From positions 1 through 64,000 of the IMG/VR virus record IMGVR_UViG_3300022592_000003: a stretch of DNA of 64,000 nt, one strand, 5' to 3'. How positions within the stretch are numbered: the first letter of the stretch is position 1; every line of letters begins with the position of its first letter. This DNA comes from a virus. Made by a program: the position numbers and the translations under genes. This document shows positions 20,414-30,313 of the stretch, one piece after another. Under the pieces are notes generated by a model. The model ran no database searches and was not told the origin of the DNA. It saw only the letters and a program-made list of their open reading frames with translations.

Positions 20414-21090
20414 TGTACGACTTGTCTAAAGAAGCCCCAAGCATCCGCAAGCAGATCGTACACGCCGGACTTCCTATGAAGACTATCGGCAAAGAGTTCT
20501 CGGATCTAGATAACAGTCCAGCACTTGAGGCGGTAAAGAAGTGGGTCAACCGAGTGGTCAATGGCGAGATCATCCAAAAGGCCGGAACGCCGTCCTGCGG
20601 GCTCGGAATCATGCTGGTGGGTAATCCAGGTCATGGCAAGACTACAATGGCTTCTACGGCCCTCCAGAGCCTGATTAGGGGCATCTCAGGGGATGTACTA
20701 GGAACTCCAGGAACGCTTCCAAACCGTATAGGCGGTTTCATGGACTACCCAAAGCTTCTCAGGCTTCAGAAGTCCCAGTTCTCGGAAGAGGACAGCGCCA
20801 CCCAAGTTCTACTTGACGGCATATATGGTGACTCGGATAGAATGAATAATGTAAGAGTTTTTGTTCTAGACGATATCGGCAAGGAATACAGGACCGCATC
20901 AGGTTGGGCAGAAAATACTTTTGATGCGTTACTGCGTTCAAGATTTAATGCAGGGCTACCAACTATCGTAACCACGAACGTTCCTCTTGAGAATTGGGGA
21001 AGTGTTTACGGAGCACCTATGGGAAGCTTTGCTATGGAAGCGTTCATACCAATCGAGGTAGAGGCACCACAGGGGGACAGACGAGGATGA
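20413..21090 (+). CDS. DnaC/IstB-like AAA+ helicase loader
   Basis: GNPGHGKT, VLDDIGKE, LLRSR...PTIVTTN. Confidence 0.9.
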   Translation: MYDLSKEAPSIRKQIVHAGLPMKTIGKEFSDLDNSPALEAVKKWVNRVVNGEIIQKAGTPSCGLGIMLVGNPGHGKTTMASTALQSLIRGISGDVLGTPGTLPNRIGGFMDYPKLLRLQKSQFSEEDSATQVLLDGIYGDSDRMNNVRVFVLDDIGKEYRTASGWAENTFDALLRSRFNAGLPTIVTTNVPLENWGSVYGAPMGSFAMEAFIPIEVEAPQGDRRG

Positions 21091-21386
21091 AGGAAACTAC
21101 TATGAGTTCATGGCAAGTTACGCAACTGTTTTTGTCTGACTCTGGGCCTCATGAGGTTTGGATCAATCTTGAAAACAAAAAGCTTCGTTGCAACTGCGAG
21201 GGGTTCAACACCCGCAGTATGTGCAAGCATACTCGGTATGTCTCAGAGAAGATGAAGAATAACTCCGGTGTCTATCCGGTAGAGATTTCTAATAAAGCTC
21301 CTGAGCAAGATGCTGCGATCGCTAGTTTAGATCCCATCCTATTCCGAGAGTTCTTATTGAAGTACGGCAAGATCGAAGTCTTGTAA
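21087..21386 (+). CDS. SWIM zinc-finger protein
   Basis: CNC...CKH motif. Confidence 0.75.
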   Translation: MKETTMSSWQVTQLFLSDSGPHEVWINLENKKLRCNCEGFNTRSMCKHTRYVSEKMKNNSGVYPVEISNKAPEQDAAIASLDPILFREFLLKYGKIEVL

Positions 21387-21388
21387 AG

Positions 21389-21805
21389 ATGCGTGGGGGC
21401 GATATATCAAATGATGTTCCTATGCGAAGTCTTGTTGTACTGGACTGCATTCTCGATCGCCAGCCAAAGATTACTAAGGTACTTGGCTTGGCGGTCGCTT
21501 CGGAAGAAGTTACGTACAATCGGCAATCGTTATCTTTATTCTGGCGATTTGCAGAGACATACTCTTACAAGCTAGAATTAATAGGGTATGGGTTTTCCCA
21601 AAAAGAGATGGATGAAGTCTTAGAGGACTTAGACAATCTAGGGACAAATCCTTTTAACTATGCAAAGGCCTACCGTGTTCCAGCAGACCTTGTTGCAGAA
21701 CTACCTTACAGGCCGGAAGTAAAGCACGTTATTGATATACCCGAGCGTGGGCTACGTTATGGGCATTGGTACTTAGATATGGGGACGGCGAGTGGCAGCA
21801 GATAA
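21389..21805 (+). CDS. HAD-fold-like protein (degenerate motif I)
   Basis: LVVLDCILD beta/loop and an HAD-like Rossmann pattern; inference. Confidence 0.45.
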   Translation: MRGGDISNDVPMRSLVVLDCILDRQPKITKVLGLAVASEEVTYNRQSLSLFWRFAETYSYKLELIGYGFSQKEMDEVLEDLDNLGTNPFNYAKAYRVPADLVAELPYRPEVKHVIDIPERGLRYGHWYLDMGTASGSR

Positions 21806-23036
21806 TGAGGAGAGGTTACTCTCTCGAGTTGTTCGAACCAGGGAGATTATCCCTGCGTTAGAAAAAGGCGTTGAGGATAGCTGGTTCTTTGTAGATGAGA
21901 ACCGTGCTGTCTGGAAGTTTATCCGCACCCACTGGACTAAGTACCAAGAGGTTCCTAGTGCTGTAACGGTCAAGGATAACTTCCCTACCTACCGTCTACT
22001 TGCAGTTGAGGATTCGCTTGACTATCTCGTAGATCAGCTGGTCGAGTATCGTAGGCGTCAGAAAGCAATTGATGTAGTTCAGACTGCTGCAGAGATGATC
22101 GCTTCCGGCAACCACGACGGTGCTATTGCCGAGATGAGTTCTGGTGTAGCAACTATCTATGATGAGGGTGCTTCTCAGTCTAGCGATGTGGATCTTACAA
22201 AGAATCCAGAGACTCGCTTCAATGAGTACCTAGAGCTCAAGAACCGTGACGGTGGTCTTCTTGGTTACCGCACAGGCTTTAGAACTATTGATGAGGCAAC
22301 CGCAGGTTTACAGAACGGTCAGTTGATTACGATCATCGCACCACCTAAGACAGGTAAGTCTGTACTTGCTATGCAGATTGCAGTCAACGTGCACGAGGAC
22401 GGTCACGTCCCAATGTTCCAGTCATTTGAAATGAGTAACATCGAGCAGCAGCATCGTCATGATGCTATGCGTGCTCACATTGCTCACTCTCGTTTAGTAC
22501 GTGGAAAGCTCAACCTTGACGAAGAACGTCGGTACAAGGAAGCTCTTGAGCGTATGGAAACTATGCAGAAGTTTTACCTTACAGATAGCACATCTGCAAT
22601 GACAGTTACCGGATTGGCAGCAAAGATTGAAAAGATTAAGCCTGACATTGTTTTTGTTGATGGTGTTTACCTTATGGTTGATGAAGCTAGCGGTGAGTCT
22701 AATACCCCACAGTCGTTGACCAATATCACCCGTAACCTAAAGCGCTTGGCACAGAAGGCCAACATCCCTATCGTAGTATCTACACAGGTATTGCTTTGGA
22801 AGATGAAGCGTGGTCAAGTTTCTGCAGACTCTATTGGTTACTCATCATCATTCTTCCAAGACTCAGATGTGATTCTTGGTTTGCAACGTCAAGACGAAGA
22901 GGACGATTCCTCCCGTGAACTTCGTATCGTAGCTAGCCGTAACTCCGGCCCAGCAACCAGCGATCTTCTTTGGGACTGGGAAGAAGGGAAGTTCGAAGAG
23001 TATGGATCCTTTGGCACTCCAATTCAATCCTTTTAA
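21792..23036 (+). CDS. dnaB: replicative DnaB-like helicase
   Basis: APPKTGKS, SFEM, VFVDGVYLM, QDSDVILGL. Confidence 0.93.
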   Translation: MAADNEERLLSRVVRTREIIPALEKGVEDSWFFVDENRAVWKFIRTHWTKYQEVPSAVTVKDNFPTYRLLAVEDSLDYLVDQLVEYRRRQKAIDVVQTAAEMIASGNHDGAIAEMSSGVATIYDEGASQSSDVDLTKNPETRFNEYLELKNRDGGLLGYRTGFRTIDEATAGLQNGQLITIIAPPKTGKSVLAMQIAVNVHEDGHVPMFQSFEMSNIEQQHRHDAMRAHIAHSRLVRGKLNLDEERRYKEALERMETMQKFYLTDSTSAMTVTGLAAKIEKIKPDIVFVDGVYLMVDEASGESNTPQSLTNITRNLKRLAQKANIPIVVSTQVLLWKMKRGQVSADSIGYSSSFFQDSDVILGLQRQDEEDDSSRELRIVASRNSGPATSDLLWDWEEGKFEEYGSFGTPIQSF

Positions 23037-23253
23037 CGGGACGCAGCTATGTGCTGCAGAAGATCCTGAACTCTTCTTTCCAGAAAAGTACACAGATCAC
23101 AAAGCAGTTCAAGCAGCAAAAGAAATCTGCGGAGACTGTTGGATTAAGAACGAATGCTTTAAGTACGCAATGCAGATTCCAAACCTAGAAGGTATCTGGG
23201 CCGGAACAACTCCTAAGGATAGGAAAAGACTATTAAAGACATCAACGATGTAA
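23002..23253 (+). CDS. whiB: WhiB family transcription factor
   Basis: C...DPELFFP...C..C.....C...GIWAGTT..DR. Confidence 0.93.
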   Translation: MDPLALQFNPFNGTQLCAAEDPELFFPEKYTDHKAVQAAKEICGDCWIKNECFKYAMQIPNLEGIWAGTTPKDRKRLLKTSTM

Positions 23254-23267
23254 AGCCAGACTATACG

Positions 23268-23453
23268 ATGGCTATGGACGTACGGGGCGAACCTACAATG
23301 GTTTGCCCGTGCGGATGCTACGTGTGGCATCTAAAAGTAAGCTGGGATGAAGAAGGCGCAATCGCTGCCTACTTTGAAACCATGGAATGTATTGAGTGCG
23401 GAACTATTGCTACGGCACCTATGCCAGGAGTTAATATCGGTCTGGAGGACTAG
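23268..23453 (+). CDS. small zinc-binding protein
   Basis: CPCG...CIECG. Confidence 0.6.
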   Translation: MAMDVRGEPTMVCPCGCYVWHLKVSWDEEGAIAAYFETMECIECGTIATAPMPGVNIGLED

Positions 23454-24428
23454 ATGTATCGTGAGGGCGATGTAGAGTCTGTACTTCTCAGACTAGGTAT
23501 TGAGACTGACCAACGCAACGACGAGTTGCTTGGTCTATGTCCTATGCACTTGGAACGTACTGGACGTGTAGACTCTCGCCCCTCATGGTCTATGAACACA
23601 GAGACCGGTGTCCACCATTGCTTCTCCTGCGGATACCGGGGAACTCTGCTTACTCTTGTTGCAGAGATCAATGAGTTCCAAACTCAGTGGGGTCGTCTTG
23701 ACTTTGATGCTGCCAAAGATTGGCTTCGTCAAAACATCGAGGTTAACTTTGAGCTCATCGCTCGTCAGTTAGAAGAAGCTAAGAACAGCTACATCCCTAT
23801 GCAACCCTTGCTAGAGATGAGCGAGGCTCGTCTTGCCGTATTCGTAGAGCCACCGCAGTGGGCATTAGAAGCTAGGAGCTTAACAGCTGAGGCTTGTGTT
23901 AAGCACACAGTGAAGTGGGATGCAAACCAGCAAGGTTGGGTAACACCAATCAGAAACCCAGAGAATAACAAACTTATGGGTTGGCAGGAAAAGGGTCAGG
24001 TCAATCGCTACTTTCGTAACCGTCCTACCGGCGTACAGAAGTCTAAGACATTGTTTGGTCTAGACGTATGGACAGGTGGAACTATGATCGTAGTTGAGTC
24101 TCCACTAGACGTAGTAAAACTATCATCATTGGGAATTGATGGTGGTGTCTCAACTTTTGGTGCATCTATCAGCCAAGACCAGGTAGATCTTATGCGCCGT
24201 GCCGATAAGCTCATCATTGCTTTCGATAACCCTAAGATTGATCCAGCCGGTGAGAAGGCGTCCAGGGATATGCTAGCTCGTACAAAGAAGGAAGGCCTAG
24301 AGTGTTTCTTCTTTAACTACGAGGGCCCATGGGACTACAAGGACATTGGCGATATGCCTGAAGAACAGGTTATAATGGGTATAGAGAAAGCAAAGCATTC
24401 TGTATTCGGAGAGAGGGCATTCGTATGA
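23454..24428 (+). CDS. dnaG: DNA primase (CHC2 zinc finger + TOPRIM)
   Basis: CPMH...CFSC; VVES.LD; AFDN; KDIGD. Confidence 0.92.
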   Translation: MYREGDVESVLLRLGIETDQRNDELLGLCPMHLERTGRVDSRPSWSMNTETGVHHCFSCGYRGTLLTLVAEINEFQTQWGRLDFDAAKDWLRQNIEVNFELIARQLEEAKNSYIPMQPLLEMSEARLAVFVEPPQWALEARSLTAEACVKHTVKWDANQQGWVTPIRNPENNKLMGWQEKGQVNRYFRNRPTGVQKSKTLFGLDVWTGGTMIVVESPLDVVKLSSLGIDGGVSTFGASISQDQVDLMRRADKLIIAFDNPKIDPAGEKASRDMLARTKKEGLECFFFNYEGPWDYKDIGDMPEEQVIMGIEKAKHSVFGERAFV

Positions 24429-24664
24429 CACACGAAGAATTGTTAGCGCATATAGATAACTATTTGATTCCTACAATGCAGCGAGAACCAGGTCCTCAAA
24501 ATTCTGCGGTAGGAATACTTAAAGCCCTTCGTGCAGTAGTGGAATTGCATAAGCCACAAGAAATTACTTTGCCTAATGGCGAATGGGGAACTAATTGTAT
24601 TTTATGCGATGGTTTTGATTATCCCTGCCCAACTATCCAAGCCATAGAGAAGGAGTTAGGATGA
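24425..24664 (+). CDS. hypothetical protein
   Basis: ALRAVVELHKP...C..C...YPCPT pattern seen in actinophage small proteins. Confidence 0.7.
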   Translation: MTHEELLAHIDNYLIPTMQREPGPQNSAVGILKALRAVVELHKPQEITLPNGEWGTNCILCDGFDYPCPTIQAIEKELG

Positions 24665-24822
24665 TAGGTCTGTGTCGCAACCACAAAGAGGTACGAAAGG
24701 TCCATGAGGATTTTGAGTGGGCTGATGAAATCATCTGCTGGGAATGTGGCAACGAGATAATAGAACTTCTTGGGCAAAACATGGCGAAGTATTTGGATAA
24801 GTTAGAAGAGGGGTTAATATGA
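24661..24822 (+). CDS. 53-aa hypothetical protein (not in ORF track)
   Basis: AAGGAG RBS; ATGA overlaps at both ends; MIGLCRNH...CWEC. Confidence 0.6.
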   Translation: MIGLCRNHKEVRKVHEDFEWADEIICWECGNEIIELLGQNMAKYLDKLEEGLI

Positions 24823-26402
24823 GTTTTACCGGAACACTCCTGCCGTATCAGGTAGAAGCTGTAGAGGCCATGATAGACCGCAAGAAGATGCTTGTGGCCT
24901 ACGACCTTGGCCTTGGTAAAACTGTATTGACTATTGCTGCTATTGAGCAGCTAAAAGACCTTGGTGAAGTAACCGAACCTGGTATAGTTATCTGCCTATC
25001 ATCATTAAAGTATCAGTGGGCAGAACAGATTAGGAAGTTTACCGATGGCGCTGCAAACCCTTTGGTCATTGATGGAACCCCAAAGCAAAGAGAAGCCCAG
25101 TACAGCCAAGCCTTTGACTGGGGTCATTCACTCGTTGACTATGTCATTCTCAACTATGAGCAAGTTGTTAACGACTGGGATCAAATCTCAAAGCTCTCTA
25201 GAGGATTCATCATCTGCGATGAAGCCACGGCAATCAAAAGCTTTAGATCAAAACGATCTAAGCAAGTAAAGAAACTTACTAGTCCGGTTAGGTTTGCTCT
25301 TACCGGTACTCCAATTGAAAACGGTAAGCCTGAAGAACTCTACAGCATCATGCAGTTTGTAGACTCTAAGGTCTTAGGCCGCTTTGATTTGTTTGATCAA
25401 ACATTTATTGTACGCAATCGCTTTGGCGGGGTAGAGCGTTACAGGAACATCCCTACGCTAGCTAAAACCCTATCAGATGCCTCTGTGCGTAAGCGCCAGC
25501 AGGATCCTGATGTCGCACCCTACCTTCCAGATACAATCTTTGCAGAGCCAATCCTCGTTGAGTTTGATAGGGGTGGGGCAAAGCTATACAAGAGTATCGC
25601 CAATGAGATTCTTAAAGATCTAGACGAAGCGGTAGATAGTTTTGGTACCTCGTTTGATTTGTTCTCCCACTACTCCGGTGAACAAAACGATGAAGTTGCC
25701 AATGCCTTGAAGGGCAAGATCATGTCAAAGCTTACTGCGTTGCGTATGCTGTGTGACGCACCTGCGCTTCTTAAAACATCTGCTGGCAAATACCGGTTTA
25801 ATTCTAAGTCCGGATCTAAGTACGTCAATGAATTAGACGAGGCCGGCCGGCTTGATGATCTTAAGAGCTCTCCTAAAATGGATGCCTTATCTAGGTATGT
25901 CTCAGAGTTCTTAGATAGTTATGAGCAAAATAAAGTTGTTATCTTTACTAGCTATGTGCACATGGTGCAGCTTATAGGGCGAGAGCTGGAGAAGTACTCG
26001 CCTCAGATGTATACAGGGGAAATGAATGCTAAAGAAAAAGAAGAAGCCAAAGTCACGTTTCAAACTGACCCAAGTTGTCGTATTCTTATTAGTAGTGACG
26101 CCGGTGGCTATGGGGTGGATCTGCCTCAGGCTAATCTCCTCATTAATTACGACCTTCCATGGAATGCCGGACTCGCACTTCAACGTAATGGACGAATCAG
26201 AAGAGCATCCAGCACATGGCCCTCAATCGTAATTCAGGACTTCCTTATGGACGGGTCCATTGAAGAACGCCAGCATGCTATGTTGGTTCAGAAGATGGCC
26301 GTAGCCAACGCCATCATTGATGGAGAAGGTATCAATACCGAAGGCGGGGTAAATCTTACTGCCGGCACGCTTAGGGCTTTCCTATCCCAGATTTCGGTAT
26401 AA
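24819..26402 (+). CDS. SNF2-family helicase
   Basis: DLGLGKT, CDEA, LTGTP, GVDL, QRNGRIRR. Confidence 0.92.
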   Translation: MSFTGTLLPYQVEAVEAMIDRKKMLVAYDLGLGKTVLTIAAIEQLKDLGEVTEPGIVICLSSLKYQWAEQIRKFTDGAANPLVIDGTPKQREAQYSQAFDWGHSLVDYVILNYEQVVNDWDQISKLSRGFIICDEATAIKSFRSKRSKQVKKLTSPVRFALTGTPIENGKPEELYSIMQFVDSKVLGRFDLFDQTFIVRNRFGGVERYRNIPTLAKTLSDASVRKRQQDPDVAPYLPDTIFAEPILVEFDRGGAKLYKSIANEILKDLDEAVDSFGTSFDLFSHYSGEQNDEVANALKGKIMSKLTALRMLCDAPALLKTSAGKYRFNSKSGSKYVNELDEAGRLDDLKSSPKMDALSRYVSEFLDSYEQNKVVIFTSYVHMVQLIGRELEKYSPQMYTGEMNAKEKEEAKVTFQTDPSCRILISSDAGGYGVDLPQANLLINYDLPWNAGLALQRNGRIRRASSTWPSIVIQDFLMDGSIEERQHAMLVQKMAVANAIIDGEGINTEGGVNLTAGTLRAFLSQISV

Positions 26403-26411
26403 ACTTATGTT

Positions 26412-26564
26412 ATGCCTAACGCACCTAAGACCCCGACCCGCACTATCCGTGTCTCTAACGAGCTCTGGACAGCTGTGAAGGATAAGGCTGCCATCGAAGA
26501 TCGCACCGTTACAGACGTAATTATCGAGGCCTTGAAGGCCTACGTTGGCGATTTGCATTCTTAA
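26412..26564 (+). CDS. ribbon-helix-helix DNA-binding protein (not in ORF track), probably leaderless
   Basis: MPNAPKTPTRTIRVSNELWTAVKDKAAIEDRTVTDVIIEALKAYV; TAAACT -10 box ends 6 nt before the ATG; no SD. Confidence 0.8.
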   Translation: MPNAPKTPTRTIRVSNELWTAVKDKAAIEDRTVTDVIIEALKAYVGDLHS

Positions 26565-26581
26565 GGATTACCCTATAGAAT
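26553..26581 (+). promoter_or_regulatory. sigma70-type promoter
   Basis: TTGCAT-17 nt-TAGAAT. Confidence 0.65.
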
Positions 26582-26597
26582 AATAACAGGAGGAAAG

Positions 26598-27032
26598 ATG
26601 CCAACTGTTATTGAACGCCCAGACCCACAAGACCCCGGCTTCATGCCCAAGGTCTCAGAGTTTATATCCCTGCGTAGTCGCATTGACGACATGTCTAAGC
26701 AGCGTGACTCTATCAAAGCAGATCTCGCAGAATTAGTTGATAACATCGGTGAGCCCGATGAAAAAGGAAACCTGTGGCTCCGTCTGCCCCACGAAGTAGA
26801 CGGATTCACATCCTTACAGCGTCAGCGTAAAGTATCCCAATCTCTAGATGAAGAAGCCGCTACAGAGCTTCTTAAAGAGAAGGGTTTGTTTGATCGTTGC
26901 TTTACTATGATGCCAGTTCTTAAGGAAGACGAAGTAATGGCTTGTCTATACGAAGGCTTGATTACTGAAGAAGAAGTTGATAAGATGTTTCCAAAGAGAG
27001 TTTCATACGCATTTCTTACTAGCAAGGTTTAA
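26598..27032 (+). CDS. hypothetical protein (coiled N-terminus)
   Basis: AGGAGG RBS. Confidence 0.75.
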   Translation: MPTVIERPDPQDPGFMPKVSEFISLRSRIDDMSKQRDSIKADLAELVDNIGEPDEKGNLWLRLPHEVDGFTSLQRQRKVSQSLDEEAATELLKEKGLFDRCFTMMPVLKEDEVMACLYEGLITEEEVDKMFPKRVSYAFLTSKV

Positions 27033-27034
27033 TA

Positions 27035-27502
27035 ATGGAAGATAAGGTAGATCAATTTTTTGGTGGGCTGGATGACTTCTATCCAGGCTCCAAGAAAAAG
27101 CGTCGTCCTGTAGATCCAAATGCTAAACCAAAGCCAGTAAAAGAAGAAGGTTCCTGGGATGCAAATCCACAGGTTAAAAAACTACCTAATGGAAAAACGG
27201 TAGAGCTTTACAGTGTTGGGTCATTGTGCCAAGCACTAGGAAGACCAGTAGTTACAGTTAGACTATGGGAACGTAAGGGTTATATTCCACGTGCACCTTA
27301 CCGACTAAAGTCTATGATCGTAGATGGGGTACGTAAGCCAGGCTGGCGTATGTATTCCAAGGATATGATCGAGTCAACTATCAAGAGCTTCCAAGATCGG
27401 GGCCTCATTGGGGCACCGAGAGTTGATTGGAATCGCCATCCAACTTTAGCTATTGAGTTAGCAGAGTCTTGGAAAACGATTCACGATCAAGAAACAAACT
27501 AA
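27035..27502 (+). CDS. MerR-like HTH DNA-binding protein
   Basis: YSVGSLCQALGRPVVTVRLWERKG.IP...RMYS. Confidence 0.8.
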   Translation: MEDKVDQFFGGLDDFYPGSKKKRRPVDPNAKPKPVKEEGSWDANPQVKKLPNGKTVELYSVGSLCQALGRPVVTVRLWERKGYIPRAPYRLKSMIVDGVRKPGWRMYSKDMIESTIKSFQDRGLIGAPRVDWNRHPTLAIELAESWKTIHDQETN

Positions 27503-27562
27503 CTACCTATCGTACGGATTCGACAGAATCCCAGATATCAGCCAACTACCTAAGGAGACGCC

Positions 27563-28264
27563 ATGAGCGTATCACTCAAAGCAACAAAGGCACCAAACGT
27601 TGATTCCTACGGGTCAACTACACCAAACCAAGAAGAGTTGGAAGAACTCTTTACCCCTGAAGATGAGAACGAAGTCCCTGAGCACTCATCTGTAATTCAG
27701 TCAGGCTGGGGCGCAGCTAAGAAAGCTGTTGCTAAATCAACAAAGACCTTCGCTACGGATTTTCGTTTTGACGAAGATGTTCAACTCATTAAATTCATCT
27801 CTGATGAACCTATGGTGTTCATGCAGCACTGGATTAACCGTCCAGGTAAAAAGTCGTTCATCAGTATCGGTGAGGATGATCCACTGATTGCAGTAGGCAG
27901 TAAGCCAGACCAGAAGTTTGCGTTTACCATTCTTAATCTTTCTGATGAAGATCCACAACTCCAACTAATGGTTGTCGGGGTTCGTCTATGCGGTCAACTT
28001 GAGAAACTTGCTTCAAATACGAAGACAGGTCCACTCAACCGTCCTGACCTATACTGGGCAGTAAGCAAGACTGGTCAAGGCACCAAGACTTCTTACTCCG
28101 TCGTTCCTGTCAAGGAACGTGACCTCGCTGAGGAATGGGAAATTGATCCTATTGCCGCTGCCGAGCTTATCAAAACAATGAAGCCACTTGGACCCGATGC
28201 TCTCCACACATCCACTAAGGCTGAACTTGCAGAGATTGCTCGTGAAATCGCAGCCGGTAACTAG
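27563..28264 (+). CDS. putative single-stranded DNA-binding protein
   Basis: gp32-like layout (F.QHW...KTG.GTKTSY) just upstream of polA; inference. Confidence 0.6.
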   Translation: MSVSLKATKAPNVDSYGSTTPNQEELEELFTPEDENEVPEHSSVIQSGWGAAKKAVAKSTKTFATDFRFDEDVQLIKFISDEPMVFMQHWINRPGKKSFISIGEDDPLIAVGSKPDQKFAFTILNLSDEDPQLQLMVVGVRLCGQLEKLASNTKTGPLNRPDLYWAVSKTGQGTKTSYSVVPVKERDLAEEWEIDPIAAAELIKTMKPLGPDALHTSTKAELAEIAREIAAGN

Positions 28265-28280
28265 TCAAACCCATTAAGTT

Positions 28281-28317
28281 GAGGGGCCCGGTCTACCTCC
28301 TTTCTCACGGGCCCCTC
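28281..28317 (+). promoter_or_regulatory. hairpin upstream of polA (terminator or translational operator)
   Basis: GAGGGGCCCG / CGGGCCCCTC 10-bp stem with a 17-nt loop. Confidence 0.6.
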
Positions 28318-28336
28318 TTCTACCTAGAGGAGAGCA

Positions 28337-30313
28337 ATGAATATAATTACCAAGACAGAGCAACTAGAGGAACTTGTCGCATATTACTTGCAGCAGGAAG
28401 CCTTTGTATTTGACGTGGAAACTGTGGGCGACCACAGAGGAGATCCACGTCAGAATATTGTCACTTGGATCGCATTGGCCACAGAAGGCCGTGTAGATGT
28501 TATTCCTATGGGTCACCCTAATGGAGACTACATACGCACAGAGTATCCATTGCTCCCCTCTGCACAAGATCGTATCATCAAGGGTTTGCCTATCCGTCCT
28601 TCAGACTACAGCAAGGATGAGCGCAAGGCAACAAAGATTTTTACTGAGGCTCCTGAGCAGCTAACTCCAGGAGAAGTATTTAAGGCGCTAAAGCCTTTGT
28701 TCTTTAGTGATCTAACTAAGATCGGACATAACCTTAAGTTCGACCTTCAGAGCGTTACCAAGTATATTGGTCAGCTCCCAGCGCAGCCGTACGCATGTAC
28801 CCTTAACGCTGCGTTTATTCTTAATACGCAAGACCGTCTTAACCTCGGTCTTGCTGACTGCTTGAAGCGTGAGTTTAACTATCACATGGTCAAGGGTGTA
28901 GGTAAAGAAGTAGAAGTCTATTCATTTGACGAGGTTGCAACCTACGCCGGATTAGATGCTGAGTGGACTTGGAACCTATGGAACAAGTACTCGGGCAAAC
29001 TAGACGCCGATAACCTCCGTGGTCTCTTTAACCTAGAGATGGACGTCTTAGATGTCATTTGCAACATGGAACTCCGTGGTGCAGACATTGACGTAGATCA
29101 ACTAGGAAAGCTCAAGGCAAACCTAGAGATGCAGCTGGAGACTACCAAGGCTAACATCTATAAGTTTGCTGGCAAAGCATTTAACATCAACAGCGTACCT
29201 GAGAAGCAGAAGCTTCTATTCTCTAAGAAGGCAGATGGTGGCCGAGGACTTCGTCCAAAGGTTTTCACACCGGCTGGAGAGAAGCGCATTGAGGCTGGCT
29301 CACAGCCTACCGTATCAGACTACTCAGTTGCTGAACCGGCGCTTAAGATGTTCGCCGGTAAGGACGCTTTAGTTGATGAGCTTCTTAGCTACTCTGACTT
29401 GAACAAGTTGCTTACCACCTATGTAGTGCCTTACCTTGGTGGCGACATTACTCGTACTCTTGCAGGCAAGTCTAAGACTGTTGCCAAGAAGAGCCTACTG
29501 CTCCGTGGTCGTATCCATACTGACTTCATTCAGTACGGTGCAGAGACTGGTCGCTTCTCAAGTCGTAACCCTAACTTGCAGAACGTTCCTAACCCACGTA
29601 CTCCAAACGGTAAGGCTATTCGTAATCTATTCGTAGCTCCTGAGGGCAGCAAGCTGGTAGTAGCTGACTACTCCCAGATTGAGCCTCGTGTTCTTGCATC
29701 CTTTAGTGGTGACCGTATTATGTGTAACTCGTATAACGAGGGTGTAGATATTTACACAACAATCGGCAACACAGTTGGCGTAGATCGTTCTGCAGCTAAG
29801 ACCTTAGTTCTTGCGATGATGTATGGTGTTGGTCCGGATAAGATTGCCGACTCTATCGGCGTATCTGTTAACGAGGCTAGGAACCTATTGGATGCCTTTA
29901 TGGCTAAGTTCCCATCGGTAGCAAAGTACAAGAAGCAGGTTATCGCAGAGAGCCGCAGGCGTGGTCCTGTTCCCTACGCTTTGACCTATATGAACCGTCG
30001 TCGTTATATCCCTGATCTCAGGTCAAACGTCATGTGGCAACGCTCCAGAGCGGAACGTCAGGCGTTTAACACGGTAATCCAGGGCTCTTCGGCAGATCTC
30101 ATAAAGCTTGCTATGATTAGGGCACACAAGATGATTCCGGATGAGTCAAGTCTTATCCTAACTATTCACGACGAACTGGTAACTGTTACCCCAGATCATT
30201 TGGCTGAAGAAACAGCTGCTGCAATTCGTGAGGCTATGGAAGGTATTAAGGCTCTTAATATCCCAATGATCGCAGATGTAAAGACCGTACAACGGTGGGG
30301 AGAAGCCAAGTAA
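28337..30313 (+). CDS. polA: family A DNA polymerase with 3'-5' exonuclease
   Basis: FDVET, HNLKFD, TGRFSS.NPNLQN, DYSQIEPR, motif B KTLVLAMMYG, TIHDE. Confidence 0.96.
   Translation: MNIITKTEQLEELVAYYLQQEAFVFDVETVGDHRGDPRQNIVTWIALATEGRVDVIPMGHPNGDYIRTEYPLLPSAQDRIIKGLPIRPSDYSKDERKATKIFTEAPEQLTPGEVFKALKPLFFSDLTKIGHNLKFDLQSVTKYIGQLPAQPYACTLNAAFILNTQDRLNLGLADCLKREFNYHMVKGVGKEVEVYSFDEVATYAGLDAEWTWNLWNKYSGKLDADNLRGLFNLEMDVLDVICNMELRGADIDVDQLGKLKANLEMQLETTKANIYKFAGKAFNINSVPEKQKLLFSKKADGGRGLRPKVFTPAGEKRIEAGSQPTVSDYSVAEPALKMFAGKDALVDELLSYSDLNKLLTTYVVPYLGGDITRTLAGKSKTVAKKSLLLRGRIHTDFIQYGAETGRFSSRNPNLQNVPNPRTPNGKAIRNLFVAPEGSKLVVADYSQIEPRVLASFSGDRIMCNSYNEGVDIYTTIGNTVGVDRSAAKTLVLAMMYGVGPDKIADSIGVSVNEARNLLDAFMAKFPSVAKYKKQVIAESRRRGPVPYALTYMNRRRYIPDLRSNVMWQRSRAERQAFNTVIQGSSADLIKLAMIRAHKMIPDESSLILTIHDELVTVTPDHLAEETAAAIREAMEGIKALNIPMIADVKTVQRWGEAK

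Noticed and set aside
27510-27535. GGATTCGAC resembling the tmRNA 5' end or a T-loop
   Set aside because: Only a 6-bp hairpin (GGATTC-gaca-GAATCC) in a 60-nt gap; no room for a tRNA or tmRNA
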